Assembly (NCBI GenBank): GCA_965660855.1
Contig: CBFIBM010000003.1
Coordinates: 90,909 to 154,908 of the forward strand
Source: an uncultured bacterium
Lineage (GTDB): Bacteria > Fidelibacterota > Marinisomatia > Marinisomatales > UBA1611
Length of the DNA: 64,000 nt
Direction of reading: 5' to 3'
The position numbers and the translations under genes are program-made. This document shows positions 1-9,257 of the stretch, piece by piece (positions within the stretch are counted from its first letter, which is position 1; every line of letters starts with the position of its first letter). Under the pieces are notes generated by a model that was not told where the DNA came from, did no database searches, and saw nothing but the letters and a program-made list of their open reading frames with translations.

Positions 1-18
1 AATAAAAAGAAATAGCCT

Positions 19-624
19 TTATCTATAAATAAATTCTTGGATAGTTCGTCGTTCTGTAAGTGGAATTTTATGGCCGGTTGAAAATAATTTTAGGGATACT
101 AAATAGCCTTGAGATTTCAATATTGTGTAAGATTCCTCACTTTCTAAAGGAAAAACTATTTCATCCTTTTGTCCATGTAATAAAAGAACACGTGTTTTTT
201 TGCTATATATATTAAATTCATCTTTTGATTTATTTTTAAATTTAAAAAAACCTGCAATAGGTATTACACCTCCTAATGAAAAATTTTGACGTATTAAAAA
301 CTCTAAGGAAATGCTTGCCCCTTGAGAAAAACCCAAAATAAAGATATCTTTATTTAAAAAACCTTCTTTATTAGCTAATTTAATAATTTCTGAAATAATT
401 TTGATTGACTTATTACATTTCCATTTCTGTTTATCATCTTGGAAATACCAAGAGTATCCTTTTTTTGGAGATACGTAGGGTGCTTCGGGTATTAGCCATT
501 TAGTTTTTTTTAGATTTAACATTTTAGCTATCGGTTTCATTGAATTTATGTCCCCGGTCCACCCATGAAGAGCAACCACTGCCCTTGTGGGCTTTTCAGA
601 TGTTGAAAAAGATTCTAATTTCAT
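19..624 (-). CDS. Phospholipase/carboxylesterase family alpha/beta hydrolase
   Basis: LHGW motif, GFSQG nucleophile elbow, HGxxD and GH catalytic motifs. Confidence 0.9.
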   Translation of the reverse strand: MKLESFSTSEKPTRAVVALHGWTGDINSMKPIAKMLNLKKTKWLIPEAPYVSPKKGYSWYFQDDKQKWKCNKSIKIISEIIKLANKEGFLNKDIFILGFSQGASISLEFLIRQNFSLGGVIPIAGFFKFKNKSKDEFNIYSKKTRVLLLHGQKDEIVFPLESEESYTILKSQGYLVSLKLFSTGHKIPLTERRTIQEFIYR

Positions 625-669
625 TTAAGATAAATCGATGATTAATATACTTTGTATTTAATTTATCTT

Positions 670-1335
670 TTATAATAAATTAGATTTTCTTGATTCTTCG
701 TAATCAGTCATTCTTTTTGAAAAATCCTTAAAATTTACTGCTTGGAGTAAAGAGCTAATTTTTATATTGTCTTTTAATGTAATACTTTTTTTCTCACTAT
801 AGTGATGTCCTGGATAAACTCGTAAATGATCTGGAAGTTTTAAAATTTTATTATAAATAGATAAATACAAATCTTCTATATCGCTCCCTGAGCTAATTAC
901 GCGCCCAGTTCTTCCGACAAACAACGTGTCGCCAGTAAAAATAACAGGTGATAAAAAGTAGCAAATCGAGTCAAAATAGTGTCCAGGTGTATGGATACTT
1001 TTAATTTTTAAATCTCCAATTTTTATAATTTCATTATCATTAATAATTTTAAAATTTGAATATAAAAATTTATCTGATGATTCAGGATGCCCAAAAATAA
1101 ATATTTCTGGATTATTAATTACATATTCATCAATATATTTGATGTGATCATGATGACTATGGGTAATTAATATTGCAGCAGGGGCTCTTTTTAGAAATGG
1201 CTTAATAGAGGAAAATTCAACTGAGGGGTCAATAATTACTTGTATTCCACTCGCATAGCATGTTAAGACGTAGCAAAAATTATTATCATAACCACCTAAT
1301 ACAGATTGAATAGAATAATTTGAATTGTTTATCAT
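670..1335 (-). CDS. MBL-fold metallo-hydrolase (glyoxalase II-like)
   Basis: THSHHDH, HTPGH, FTGDTLF and YPGH motifs. Confidence 0.9.
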   Translation of the reverse strand: MINNSNYSIQSVLGGYDNNFCYVLTCYASGIQVIIDPSVEFSSIKPFLKRAPAAILITHSHHDHIKYIDEYVINNPEIFIFGHPESSDKFLYSNFKIINDNEIIKIGDLKIKSIHTPGHYFDSICYFLSPVIFTGDTLFVGRTGRVISSGSDIEDLYLSIYNKILKLPDHLRVYPGHHYSEKKSITLKDNIKISSLLQAVNFKDFSKRMTDYEESRKSNLL

Positions 1336-1435
1336 GAATTTTTAGAGAGTTTCTATAATTTTTTGTAGATTTAGGCATATTGAAATTACATTATTAAACA
1401 ATATAATATCTCAATAAATAAATAGAGGTTATTAA

Positions 1436-1603
1436 ATGAAAAATAAACAAATAGCATGGTATCTCATTTTTGCTGGCCTCATAATATTTATGATAGAGTT
1501 TGTAACAACTATTTTAGCTTTTATTGGAAACCATCCATTACTTGGTTTAGCATGTCTAATTATACTAGTGGGTATTTTTCTTCTTGCATATGATGATGAA
1601 TAA
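1436..1603 (+). CDS. Small 55-aa membrane protein with two hydrophobic segments (not in ORF track)
   Basis: Read by hand: MKNKQIAWYLIFAGLIIFMIEFVTTILAFIGNHPLLGLACLIILVGIFLLAYDDE*; AGAGG RBS upstream of ATG 1436; fills the gap before the FKBP gene. Confidence 0.65.
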   Translation: MKNKQIAWYLIFAGLIIFMIEFVTTILAFIGNHPLLGLACLIILVGIFLLAYDDE

Positions 1604-1636
1604 ATGATGACTTTAATAAAAAAAAAGGGAAACTAA

Positions 1637-2323
1637 ATGAAAATCAGTATTATCCTAACGATGTTATTTATGATAGCATGTAGTAATCAAAGTTCTAAAA
1701 AGTCAACTTCAAGCCTTGAAAATTTTGATGATTCTACAAGCTACTCAATTGGTGCAGATTTAGGTGTAAACCTTAAAAGACAAAATGTCGATATTAATTA
1801 TGATGTGTTTTTGGCAGGCTTAGTCGATGGAATGGAGCTAAGTGATAAGGATGTGAAATTAAATCAAAGTGAAAGAAGAAAAGTGATGTCTGTTTTGCAA
1901 AATAGAATAAGAGAAAAAGAAAAAAATCAAGGTGGAGAAAATTTAAAAGCAGCTGAAGCTTTTTTATCTGAAAATAAAAAAAAGATAGATATAAAAGAAA
2001 CCCCAACAGGTCTTCAATATAGAGCTTTAAAAGAAGGAGATGGTGAAAAACCTAATGCAGATGAAAAGGTAAAGGTTCATTATGTTGGTCGGTTAATAGA
2101 TGGGACTAAATTTGATAGTTCCATTGATAGAGGAGAACCTGCTGAATTTGGACTAAATCAAGTTATAAAAGGATGGACAGAAGGTTTACAATTAATGAAA
2201 GTTGGATCAAAATATGAATTTTTCATTCATCCTAAAATTGCATATGGTTCAAGACCCAGACCTCAAATTCCTGCAAATAGCTTGTTAATTTTTGAAGTAG
2301 AGCTACTTGAAATTTTAAAATAG
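1637..2323 (+). CDS. FKBP-type peptidyl-prolyl cis-trans isomerase (FkpA/Mip-like), lipoprotein
   Basis: Lipobox MIAC; SYSIG N-domain; VHYVGRLIDGTKFDSS, VIKGWTEGL and IPANSLLIFEVELL motifs. Confidence 0.95.
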   Translation: MKISIILTMLFMIACSNQSSKKSTSSLENFDDSTSYSIGADLGVNLKRQNVDINYDVFLAGLVDGMELSDKDVKLNQSERRKVMSVLQNRIREKEKNQGGENLKAAEAFLSENKKKIDIKETPTGLQYRALKEGDGEKPNADEKVKVHYVGRLIDGTKFDSSIDRGEPAEFGLNQVIKGWTEGLQLMKVGSKYEFFIHPKIAYGSRPRPQIPANSLLIFEVELLEILK

Positions 2324-2345
2324 ATATTATTCTAATAAATTAATG

Positions 2346-2376
2346 AAAAAAGGGAGTGAAAACTCCCTTTTTTTTT
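2346..2376. terminator. Bidirectional intrinsic terminator between FKBP gene and tRNA-Arg
   Basis: A6-GGGAGT-GAAA-ACTCCC-T9 hairpin between convergent genes. Confidence 0.85.
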
Positions 2377-2379
2377 GTG

Positions 2380-2453
2380 TACGCCCGAGAGGATTCGAAC
2401 CTCTGACCCTCTCCTTAGAAGGGAGATGCTCTATCCAGCTGAGCTACGGGCGC
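2380..2453 (-). tRNA. tRNA-Arg(TCT)
   Basis: Reverse complement GCGCCCGTAGCTCAGCTGGATAGAGCA TCTCC-CT-TCT-AA-GGAGA GGGTCAGAGGTTCGAATCCTCTCGGGCGTA; CCA not encoded. Confidence 0.97.
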
Positions 2454-2631
2454 ATACTAAAGTAAATTTACAAAGATTTTTATTGTAATAACAATAAAGG
2501 GTTCAACATTATTATAATTATATTGTTCTTAAACTATTGATAAAAATTTTAATGGTAATTTGGATTAATTCAAGTTTAATTATTGAAATAATACGCTTTA
2601 GATACAGATAAATCATTATCATAGAAAAAAC

Positions 2632-2661
2632 TTGACAGATTCATATTATATGTCGTACAAT
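2632..2661 (+). promoter_or_regulatory. Near-consensus sigma70 promoter for the 75-aa gene
   Basis: TTGACA (2632-2637), 18-nt spacer, TACAAT (2656-2661); GGAGGT RBS at 2728-2733. Confidence 0.65.
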
Positions 2662-2738
2662 TGCAATTGAGAGAACTGACGTTTTAAGAATCTCTTCACT
2701 ACCAAAAAACCAAATTAACATCAGAATGGAGGTCTTTT

Positions 2739-2966
2739 ATGGCTGAAGTAGTTGCAAATACAGGAGTTTCAAAGGATAAGGGCTATTTATATTATCTTGG
2801 AAAAGATGGTAATGTATGGCGTTCACAGATGGCGCGAGCAGGAAAAGGAGGAGGAAACGCAGAGAAGGTTGCAGATGCAGGTGTAACGCGTGAGTCCGGT
2901 TATCTTTATTTTATAGATAAGAATGGTAACGTTTCAAGGTCTCCTATGGCGAGGGGGCGTAAATAG
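2739..2966 (+). CDS. Small basic protein made of two tandem ~37-aa repeats; function unknown
   Basis: Halves AEVVANTGVSKDKGYLYYLGKDGNVWRSQMARAGK and AEKVADAGVTRESGYLYFIDKNGNVSRSPMARGRK; strong RBS, own promoter and terminator. Confidence 0.85.
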   Translation: MAEVVANTGVSKDKGYLYYLGKDGNVWRSQMARAGKGGGNAEKVADAGVTRESGYLYFIDKNGNVSRSPMARGRK

Positions 2967-2984
2967 TAGTTTGAATTTATCTTG

Positions 2985-3015
2985 AAAGGCTCTCTTTTTG
3001 GGAGCCTTTTTTTTT
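2985..3015 (+). terminator. Intrinsic terminator
   Basis: AAAGGCTCTC-TTTTT-GGGAGCCTTT followed by T-run. Confidence 0.85.
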
Positions 3016-3090
3016 AACGTAAAATACCAAAAAATATAGTAAATTTATATCTGAAGTAATTATTAATTTAACATTAAAATAATTAAAAAT

Positions 3091-3876
3091 ATGCGAAGTA
3101 TAATTTTTTATAGTCTATTAATTTTTTCATTTCTTCCTTTGAACGCTGAAGGAATGCAGTTGTTTAGATCAAAAAAAGCATCGGCAAAGGACTCGAGAAA
3201 TGAAGATCAAAGTAATAAAAGAGAAATTATTACAGAAGATTTTTCCAAACCTGAAGTTACAACAAGAAAAAATATAGAATCAGTTATACCTGTTAAAAGG
3301 ATACCTAACGGTTGGGTTTTTCGAGATGAATTACTCGCTCCATGGGAGTCTAATCTGCCTGCTGTTTTATCAATTATACCCGATACTACTGTAGAGGTAA
3401 TATATCACGACGATAACAGAACAACTAGAGAAGGTTTTGTTTTACCAATTAAGAGAGCTTCTGTCGAATTTCAATATACATCAAGACTAACACATGAGCT
3501 GATAATGTTAGAATTTGTAAATGTAGACTTTATTTATAGTACAACCAATAATAATGACTCTCATTTTATTCTTGAAGGGATTACAAAAAAAGTGAAATTG
3601 AAAGATACTGGATTCCCCCAGCTTGCTGCATCTGATATTATTAAACATAAAGTCCTAATGGAATATGGTAGTCCAAAGGAATTCGATGGAGTATGGCATA
3701 TTTACGAAGATTTAAACTCTTCTTATAAAGTAAGAGAATTAGATGAAAGAAATATTAAAGTTGAAACTAAGAGCCTTCAAGTATCTGATAAACTTGAAAA
3801 AGCTATTGATGATACATATTCAAAACAAGGTATTGAATATAAAAAGAGACTAATGGTTCAAGGGATTGATATTTAA
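3091..3876 (+). CDS. Hypothetical exported protein
   Basis: 261-aa ORF with signal peptide (PLNA-E); no family recognised. Confidence 0.7.
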   Translation: MRSIIFYSLLIFSFLPLNAEGMQLFRSKKASAKDSRNEDQSNKREIITEDFSKPEVTTRKNIESVIPVKRIPNGWVFRDELLAPWESNLPAVLSIIPDTTVEVIYHDDNRTTREGFVLPIKRASVEFQYTSRLTHELIMLEFVNVDFIYSTTNNNDSHFILEGITKKVKLKDTGFPQLAASDIIKHKVLMEYGSPKEFDGVWHIYEDLNSSYKVRELDERNIKVETKSLQVSDKLEKAIDDTYSKQGIEYKKRLMVQGIDI

Positions 3877-3881
3877 TTATC

Positions 3882-5183
3882 GTGCACAAAATAATCTTTT
3901 TAAAAAGGCCTCTGAAAGGCCTTTTTTTGTATCTTGTTTGTCTATCTTTTACTCTGTCTTCACAAAAATATTATCCTGAAATAGTTAAGGTTGAATTTGA
4001 AGGCAATATAAAAACCCTTGATTATATCATAAATAGAGAAATCCAACATCAAATAAATACAAAGTTAGATAGTGTAAAAGCTGAGCAGGACAGAAATAGA
4101 ATTGAAAATTTAGGACTCTTTAGTCAAGTAGAGTGGAAAGTAATTCCGCTTGAAGATGGTACTGCCACCCTTAAATTTATCATCATCGAATCAATACAAA
4201 GAACCCCTCCATTTGCTCTACCAACATATGAAGAAGACACGGGTTGGTCACTTACGGGTTTTTATCTCATTAATAATTTTAAAGGTAAAAATCAATCTTT
4301 AGTATTGGGAGGAAGTATTGGTGGAAAAGATACCTATGGGATACAATTTAGCGATCCTTGGGTTTTTGGTAATCATGTTTCAATGAACTTTCAGTTTGGA
4401 AAAACTCTTTTTCAACATAGGTTTTTAAAAAAAAATCTAGAAGTAAATAGTTTTAATTTAAACTTTGGGAAATGGTTTGGTGAGAAATTAAAAACACAAT
4501 TAGGGATAGAGATTGAGAATAAAATATTTTTAGATAAAAATATAAATGACTCTTTTTTTTATTATTCTCCAATATTTACCGTTAGCTATGATACAAGAGA
4601 TGTGTATTGGAATCCTAGTAGAGGTGTAATTATCTCTCAATATTTAATTAGAAAAAATGGTATAAATCCAAAATCATTTAGTTTAACTCTATGGGATCAA
4701 TCATATTCAATTTTCTATTCAAAAGAATTTTTCGATAAAAAAACTGTTTTTGCTTTTAATATAAGTTCAAAAGTAAAAAGTGGTAAAAAAGAAGAGATAT
4801 GGTTGGATTATTTTGGGGGTCAAGCAACAGTTAGAGGGTGGGAAATTCCAGATTCTTCTTTATATTATTCAGGTTCAGAAGATTTTAGATTTGGCCATGA
4901 GTCTATTTATTCAAGTATTGAAATTAGAAGAGAGATTATACCAAAATATGCAACCTCCCTTAAAATTGAATTTGGGTTAGTGTTAGTATTTTTTACTGAT
5001 ATAGGATTTATAGCAAAAGATTTTAATGCTATAAATTATCAGGAACCTATTTCTGGAACCGGACTAGGTATACGAATACCATTTCCAATTGTTAACGTTA
5101 TAAGACTTGATTATGGTTGGGGTTTTTATAATAATAAATGGAACTTTGGTTCCTTACATTTTGGAATTGGACAAAAATTTTGA
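3882..5183 (+). CDS. Omp85 (BamA/TamA-like) outer membrane protein with one POTRA domain
   Basis: POTRA (FEGNIKT..IINRE, LGLFSQV), YDTRD, VRGW motif, C-terminal LHFGIGQKF. Confidence 0.88.
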   Translation: MHKIIFLKRPLKGLFLYLVCLSFTLSSQKYYPEIVKVEFEGNIKTLDYIINREIQHQINTKLDSVKAEQDRNRIENLGLFSQVEWKVIPLEDGTATLKFIIIESIQRTPPFALPTYEEDTGWSLTGFYLINNFKGKNQSLVLGGSIGGKDTYGIQFSDPWVFGNHVSMNFQFGKTLFQHRFLKKNLEVNSFNLNFGKWFGEKLKTQLGIEIENKIFLDKNINDSFFYYSPIFTVSYDTRDVYWNPSRGVIISQYLIRKNGINPKSFSLTLWDQSYSIFYSKEFFDKKTVFAFNISSKVKSGKKEEIWLDYFGGQATVRGWEIPDSSLYYSGSEDFRFGHESIYSSIEIRREIIPKYATSLKIEFGLVLVFFTDIGFIAKDFNAINYQEPISGTGLGIRIPFPIVNVIRLDYGWGFYNNKWNFGSLHFGIGQKF

Positions 5184-5195
5184 CATATTAAAATT

Positions 5196-5789
5196 TTATG
5201 GCAGAGGGTTTTCTTTTGGTGCTAAAAGACCTCCAGAAATAATAGTCTTTAAACCTTTTTCAACTGACATTCCAGTAGATATCGTATCTTTTTGAGGTAT
5301 CATTAAAAAAAAACCGGATGTTGGATTTGGCGTGGTGGGTACAAATAGATGATAAAAAGCTTCGCCTTGACTTGTTTTTGATTCTCCACTAATGAAAGCC
5401 ATAGTCCATAATCCTTTTCTAGGGTATTGTATGTATACTGCTCCTTCAAATGCTTCAGTAGATCCTTTGGTAAAAGTATCAGTAATCTGCTTAAGTGTTG
5501 TATAAATGATATTCACTATAGGTACTTTTTTTACAATCTTTTCCCCTATCGCAAATATTTTACGTCCTAAAAAATTTGTAACAAGTATCCCAAGGATATA
5601 CACAAGGATAATAGTTAAAATTATTCCTAAGCCAGGAATATCAATATGTAGTTTTTTTAATAATGGTCCTGAAATTTCTTCAAGAGTATTAAATAAAAAT
5701 TTAATAACAAAAAAAGTTAAGTAAAGTGGAAGGAGTGTTGCGATACCAGCAAATAATTTTGATTTAAAGTATTTTGTGATTGAATTCAT
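5196..5789 (-). CDS. DUF502 family membrane protein
   Basis: VPIVNIIY..LKQ, YPRKG and FVPTTPNPTSGF motifs. Confidence 0.9.
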   Translation of the reverse strand: MNSITKYFKSKLFAGIATLLPLYLTFFVIKFLFNTLEEISGPLLKKLHIDIPGLGIILTIILVYILGILVTNFLGRKIFAIGEKIVKKVPIVNIIYTTLKQITDTFTKGSTEAFEGAVYIQYPRKGLWTMAFISGESKTSQGEAFYHLFVPTTPNPTSGFFLMIPQKDTISTGMSVEKGLKTIISGGLLAPKENPLP

Positions 5790-5809
5790 ATATAAAATTA
5801 AAAAATGTT

Positions 5810-6307
5810 TTATCTGAAAAAAAGATTATCGTTAATTAAGTGACCTTCATGTTCTAATAAATTCCTTTTGATCTTTTTTCCATAAGTGTAATTCCCAATT
5901 GACCCGTTCGATGGAACCACTCTATGGCATGGAATTAAAATTGGTATTGGGTTTAGATTATTAGCAGTTCCAACAGCTCTGTATGCTTTTTTATTATTAC
6001 AACTAATCGCAATTTCTTTATAAGAATTAAAAGTTCCATATGAAATTTTTCTAACACACATTAATACTTTTTGATAAAAAAAAGGTAACTGAAGATCAAT
6101 TGGGATGGTGAATTCTTTTCTCTTCCCATGAAAGTATTCATTTATTTGTTTAATGGCTTCATCAATAATCAGATTATTTTTATTTAATTCTAGATCAGAA
6201 GTGTCATTTAATAGCTTTAAATTTCTAATGCCCCTTGAGCTAGAACATATGAAAAACCTCCCAAAGGTGGTTTTAAAAGTAGCTGAGCTTATTTTATCAG
6301 GAATCAA
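5810..6307 (-). CDS. ogt: Methylated-DNA--protein-cysteine methyltransferase
   Basis: RAVGTANNLNPIPILIPCHRVV active-site motif. Confidence 0.93.
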   Translation of the reverse strand: MIPDKISSATFKTTFGRFFICSSSRGIRNLKLLNDTSDLELNKNNLIIDEAIKQINEYFHGKRKEFTIPIDLQLPFFYQKVLMCVRKISYGTFNSYKEIAISCNNKKAYRAVGTANNLNPIPILIPCHRVVPSNGSIGNYTYGKKIKRNLLEHEGHLINDNLFFR

Positions 6308-6345
6308 TGATAATCATAAAAGTTCTAATTAAAAAACAAGTTTTT

Positions 6346-7266
6346 CTACTTTGAATCCATATAAACTACCACAGGACTTGCTACGAAAATACTCGAATAA
6401 GTTCCAATTAAAACACCTATGATCATTGCAAATGAAAAGGTATGTATCACTTCTCCACCAAAAATAAATAAAATTAAAACAACAAAAAAAGTGGTAATTG
6501 ATGTAATAATTGTACGGCTCAAGGACTCATTGATACTCTTATTAATTGTGCTAATTATATTGGCATTTTTTGAAATTTTGACATTCTCGCGCACTCTATC
6601 AAATATTACAATAGTATCATTCAGAGAGTAGCCTACAATAGTTAAGAAGGCAGCTATTACAGCAAGGGATACTTCATATCCTAGTAATGAAAATACACCA
6701 AGTGTAATTAATACATCATGGGTTAAAGCTGCAATCGCTCCTAACGCATATTTAAATTCAAACCTGACAGAAACATATATTAATATAAAAAATAGAGCAC
6801 TTAATATAGCCATAAGAGCATCACTACTTAATTCAGCCCCAACTTTAGGACCTACCTTTTCAATTGAAAGAACAAAGTTTTTCATATCCTGAGGAACTGA
6901 ATTAGGGAAAATATCAGCCATTTTACTTGTAAATTTTTTTGTGAATTGTTCGGGTTCATTTTCCATACTTGCAATCCTGACAGCTATATTTGATTTATCA
7001 CCAAAATATTTAATTTCAGCATTACTAAAATTAAAGTTTTGACCATCTATAGATATTGAGCTTAGTTCTTCCCTGATTTTTTCAATATTTACTGTATCAG
7101 TATAATTTACTGCAATTAATGTTCCACCTTTAAAATCAATACTCAGTTTAGGGCCTCCATTTAAAATGATAGATATGGTTCCTAAAAGTATTAATAAGAC
7201 AGAAAATATTGTTGTAATATTTGTTTTTCCTAAAAAATCAATATTAGTGTTTTTTATAATTCTCAT
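6346..7266 (-). CDS. secF: Protein translocase subunit SecF
   Basis: IDFKGG, VGPKVG and GYSLNDTIVIFDRVRE motifs. Confidence 0.97.
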   Translation of the reverse strand: MRIIKNTNIDFLGKTNITTIFSVLLILLGTISIILNGGPKLSIDFKGGTLIAVNYTDTVNIEKIREELSSISIDGQNFNFSNAEIKYFGDKSNIAVRIASMENEPEQFTKKFTSKMADIFPNSVPQDMKNFVLSIEKVGPKVGAELSSDALMAILSALFFILIYVSVRFEFKYALGAIAALTHDVLITLGVFSLLGYEVSLAVIAAFLTIVGYSLNDTIVIFDRVRENVKISKNANIISTINKSINESLSRTIITSITTFFVVLILFIFGGEVIHTFSFAMIIGVLIGTYSSIFVASPVVVYMDSK

Positions 7267-7267
7267 T

Positions 7268-9169
7268 TTAAATACTCAAGTTTGAAAGTGATTTACGTGA
7301 AACGTATGTATTGAAAATTGTTCTTGTAATAAAAACTGCAGTAAACATGCTAATTAAAATTCCCCAAAATAATACAGTAGCAAATCCTTTTATTGGACCT
7401 GTTCCAAATTGATAGAGTACAAGCGAAGCGATTAATGTTGTGACATTTGCATCAATTATGGTAGTAATTGCTCTATTATAACCAGAGTCTATTGCTGTTT
7501 TTGCAGTTTTACCTTTTCTCAATTCTTCTCTTATTCTTTCAAATATTATAACATTGGCATCAATAGACATTCCTACAGTTAAAATTAATCCGGCAATACC
7601 TGGTAGTGTTAATGTTGCTTGCAATGACGCTAGTACAGCCAGAACTAAAAGTATATTCCAAATTAGTGCAAAATTTGCAATTAGACCTGAAAGCTTATAG
7701 TAAAATAGAATAAATATTAAAACTATAGTTAGACCTAATAAAACAGCTTGCGTACCTTGCTTAATGGAATCTGCACCAAGACTAGGACCTACTATTCTCT
7801 CCTCAATGATATTAACTGGAGCGGGTAATGCACCTGCTCTTAAAATGATAGCTAGATCTTTTGCCTCCGAAATGTTTGCAAATCCTTCTATTTGAGTCCT
7901 ACCGCTTGGTATTTTTTCACGTATTGAAGGCGCCATGTGGACTTTTTTATCAAGAACAATTGCTATTCTCTCTCCAATATTTGCTCCTGTAACTCGAGAC
8001 CATGTTCTGGAACCATCATTATTCATTGATAAGGAGACAACAGCTTGGCCTGCAGATCCAGTTCCAAGGCCTCCTAAATCAGCACGAGCTTCCTCTACAA
8101 TCCCACCAGTCAATTCAGGTTTACTCTCTAGGTAGTAGAGCTTATAAAATTTTTCTGCTGAATTATTAGTAGTTCTCTCACTGTTTTGATTTAAAAGAAA
8201 TTGTCCATTTGAATTTCCTAATCTAGTTTGAATATCTGGTATGGCTAATAGTTTTTTTAATGCGTAAATATTATTCTCGGAAATAGCAATATCTCCAGAT
8301 AGAGAAGTCAGAAGGCTTGAGAATGGAGCATCTATTGATTGTTGTTCTGCATCATCCATTGAATTAGTATCACTAGTGTTTTCTACTTCACCAAATAATT
8401 CTGTAACTGATGTTACCTCTTCTTCGGGTTTTTCATCAATGGATGAAGTAGACAATGACTCATTAGATTTTTCAGTTTCTTTAATTTTAATGATATCATC
8501 TCTTCCTTTGAGAAGGTTATCTATTTGTGAAATCATTTCATTTGTCACAGAAGTGTTTTTAACCAAATAGAATTCTAATAATGCTGTACTTTGCAGGAGT
8601 GCTCTTGCTCTTTCCGAATCTTGAATACCAGCAAGTTCCACAACGATACGATGTTTTCCTTGCTTTTGAATAGTAGGTTCAGAGACACCAAATTGGTCAA
8701 CCCTATTTTGTAATATTTCAAGCACACGATTAATTGCATCATCTGCTTCTTCTTTTAGGGATGATAAAATATCGTCAAGAGAAGATCCATATTCATGGTA
8801 ATACCTGGAAAGCTTAATTCCATCTGATTTCACATTTTTTTCAAAAGCTGTAAAAAAATCAACTTCGGGATCTATTGATTCAACTTTTGCATCATTAATT
8901 ATTTTTTTTAACCTATCATCTTCTAAAGTTGCAATATTTGCTAAAAGAGTTGGAATGTCTGCTTCAAGAACAATGTACATTCCTCCTTTGAGGTCTAAAC
9001 CCTGTTTAATAATTTTAGATTCAATTTTATTTAGTTCACCAGTAGTGCGTAAATCTTCTTTCTCATCTTCTGTTAATTTTTGATATTCCCATGTTGGCAA
9101 AAGAGAATAAATAGCCCATGTTAAAATCAATAAAATGATTAGGTATCTAGGTGTTAAGTTTTTTTGCAT
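7268..9169 (-). CDS. secD: Protein translocase subunit SecD
   Basis: GLDLKGG, RVDQFGVSEP and GMSIDANVIIFERIREE motifs. Confidence 0.97.
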   Translation of the reverse strand: MQKNLTPRYLIILLILTWAIYSLLPTWEYQKLTEDEKEDLRTTGELNKIESKIIKQGLDLKGGMYIVLEADIPTLLANIATLEDDRLKKIINDAKVESIDPEVDFFTAFEKNVKSDGIKLSRYYHEYGSSLDDILSSLKEEADDAINRVLEILQNRVDQFGVSEPTIQKQGKHRIVVELAGIQDSERARALLQSTALLEFYLVKNTSVTNEMISQIDNLLKGRDDIIKIKETEKSNESLSTSSIDEKPEEEVTSVTELFGEVENTSDTNSMDDAEQQSIDAPFSSLLTSLSGDIAISENNIYALKKLLAIPDIQTRLGNSNGQFLLNQNSERTTNNSAEKFYKLYYLESKPELTGGIVEEARADLGGLGTGSAGQAVVSLSMNNDGSRTWSRVTGANIGERIAIVLDKKVHMAPSIREKIPSGRTQIEGFANISEAKDLAIILRAGALPAPVNIIEERIVGPSLGADSIKQGTQAVLLGLTIVLIFILFYYKLSGLIANFALIWNILLVLAVLASLQATLTLPGIAGLILTVGMSIDANVIIFERIREELRKGKTAKTAIDSGYNRAITTIIDANVTTLIASLVLYQFGTGPIKGFATVLFWGILISMFTAVFITRTIFNTYVSRKSLSNLSI

Positions 9170-9257
9170 GTTAATTTTATATTTTATGTCTAAAAAAAGT
9201 TGGTTAATATACTTCCAGCGTATTTAGTCTGGCAAGTGATCAGCTAATCTATTTATT

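Noticed and set aside
187..196. AACACGTGTT palindrome considered as parS
   Set aside because: Flanks do not match the parS consensus
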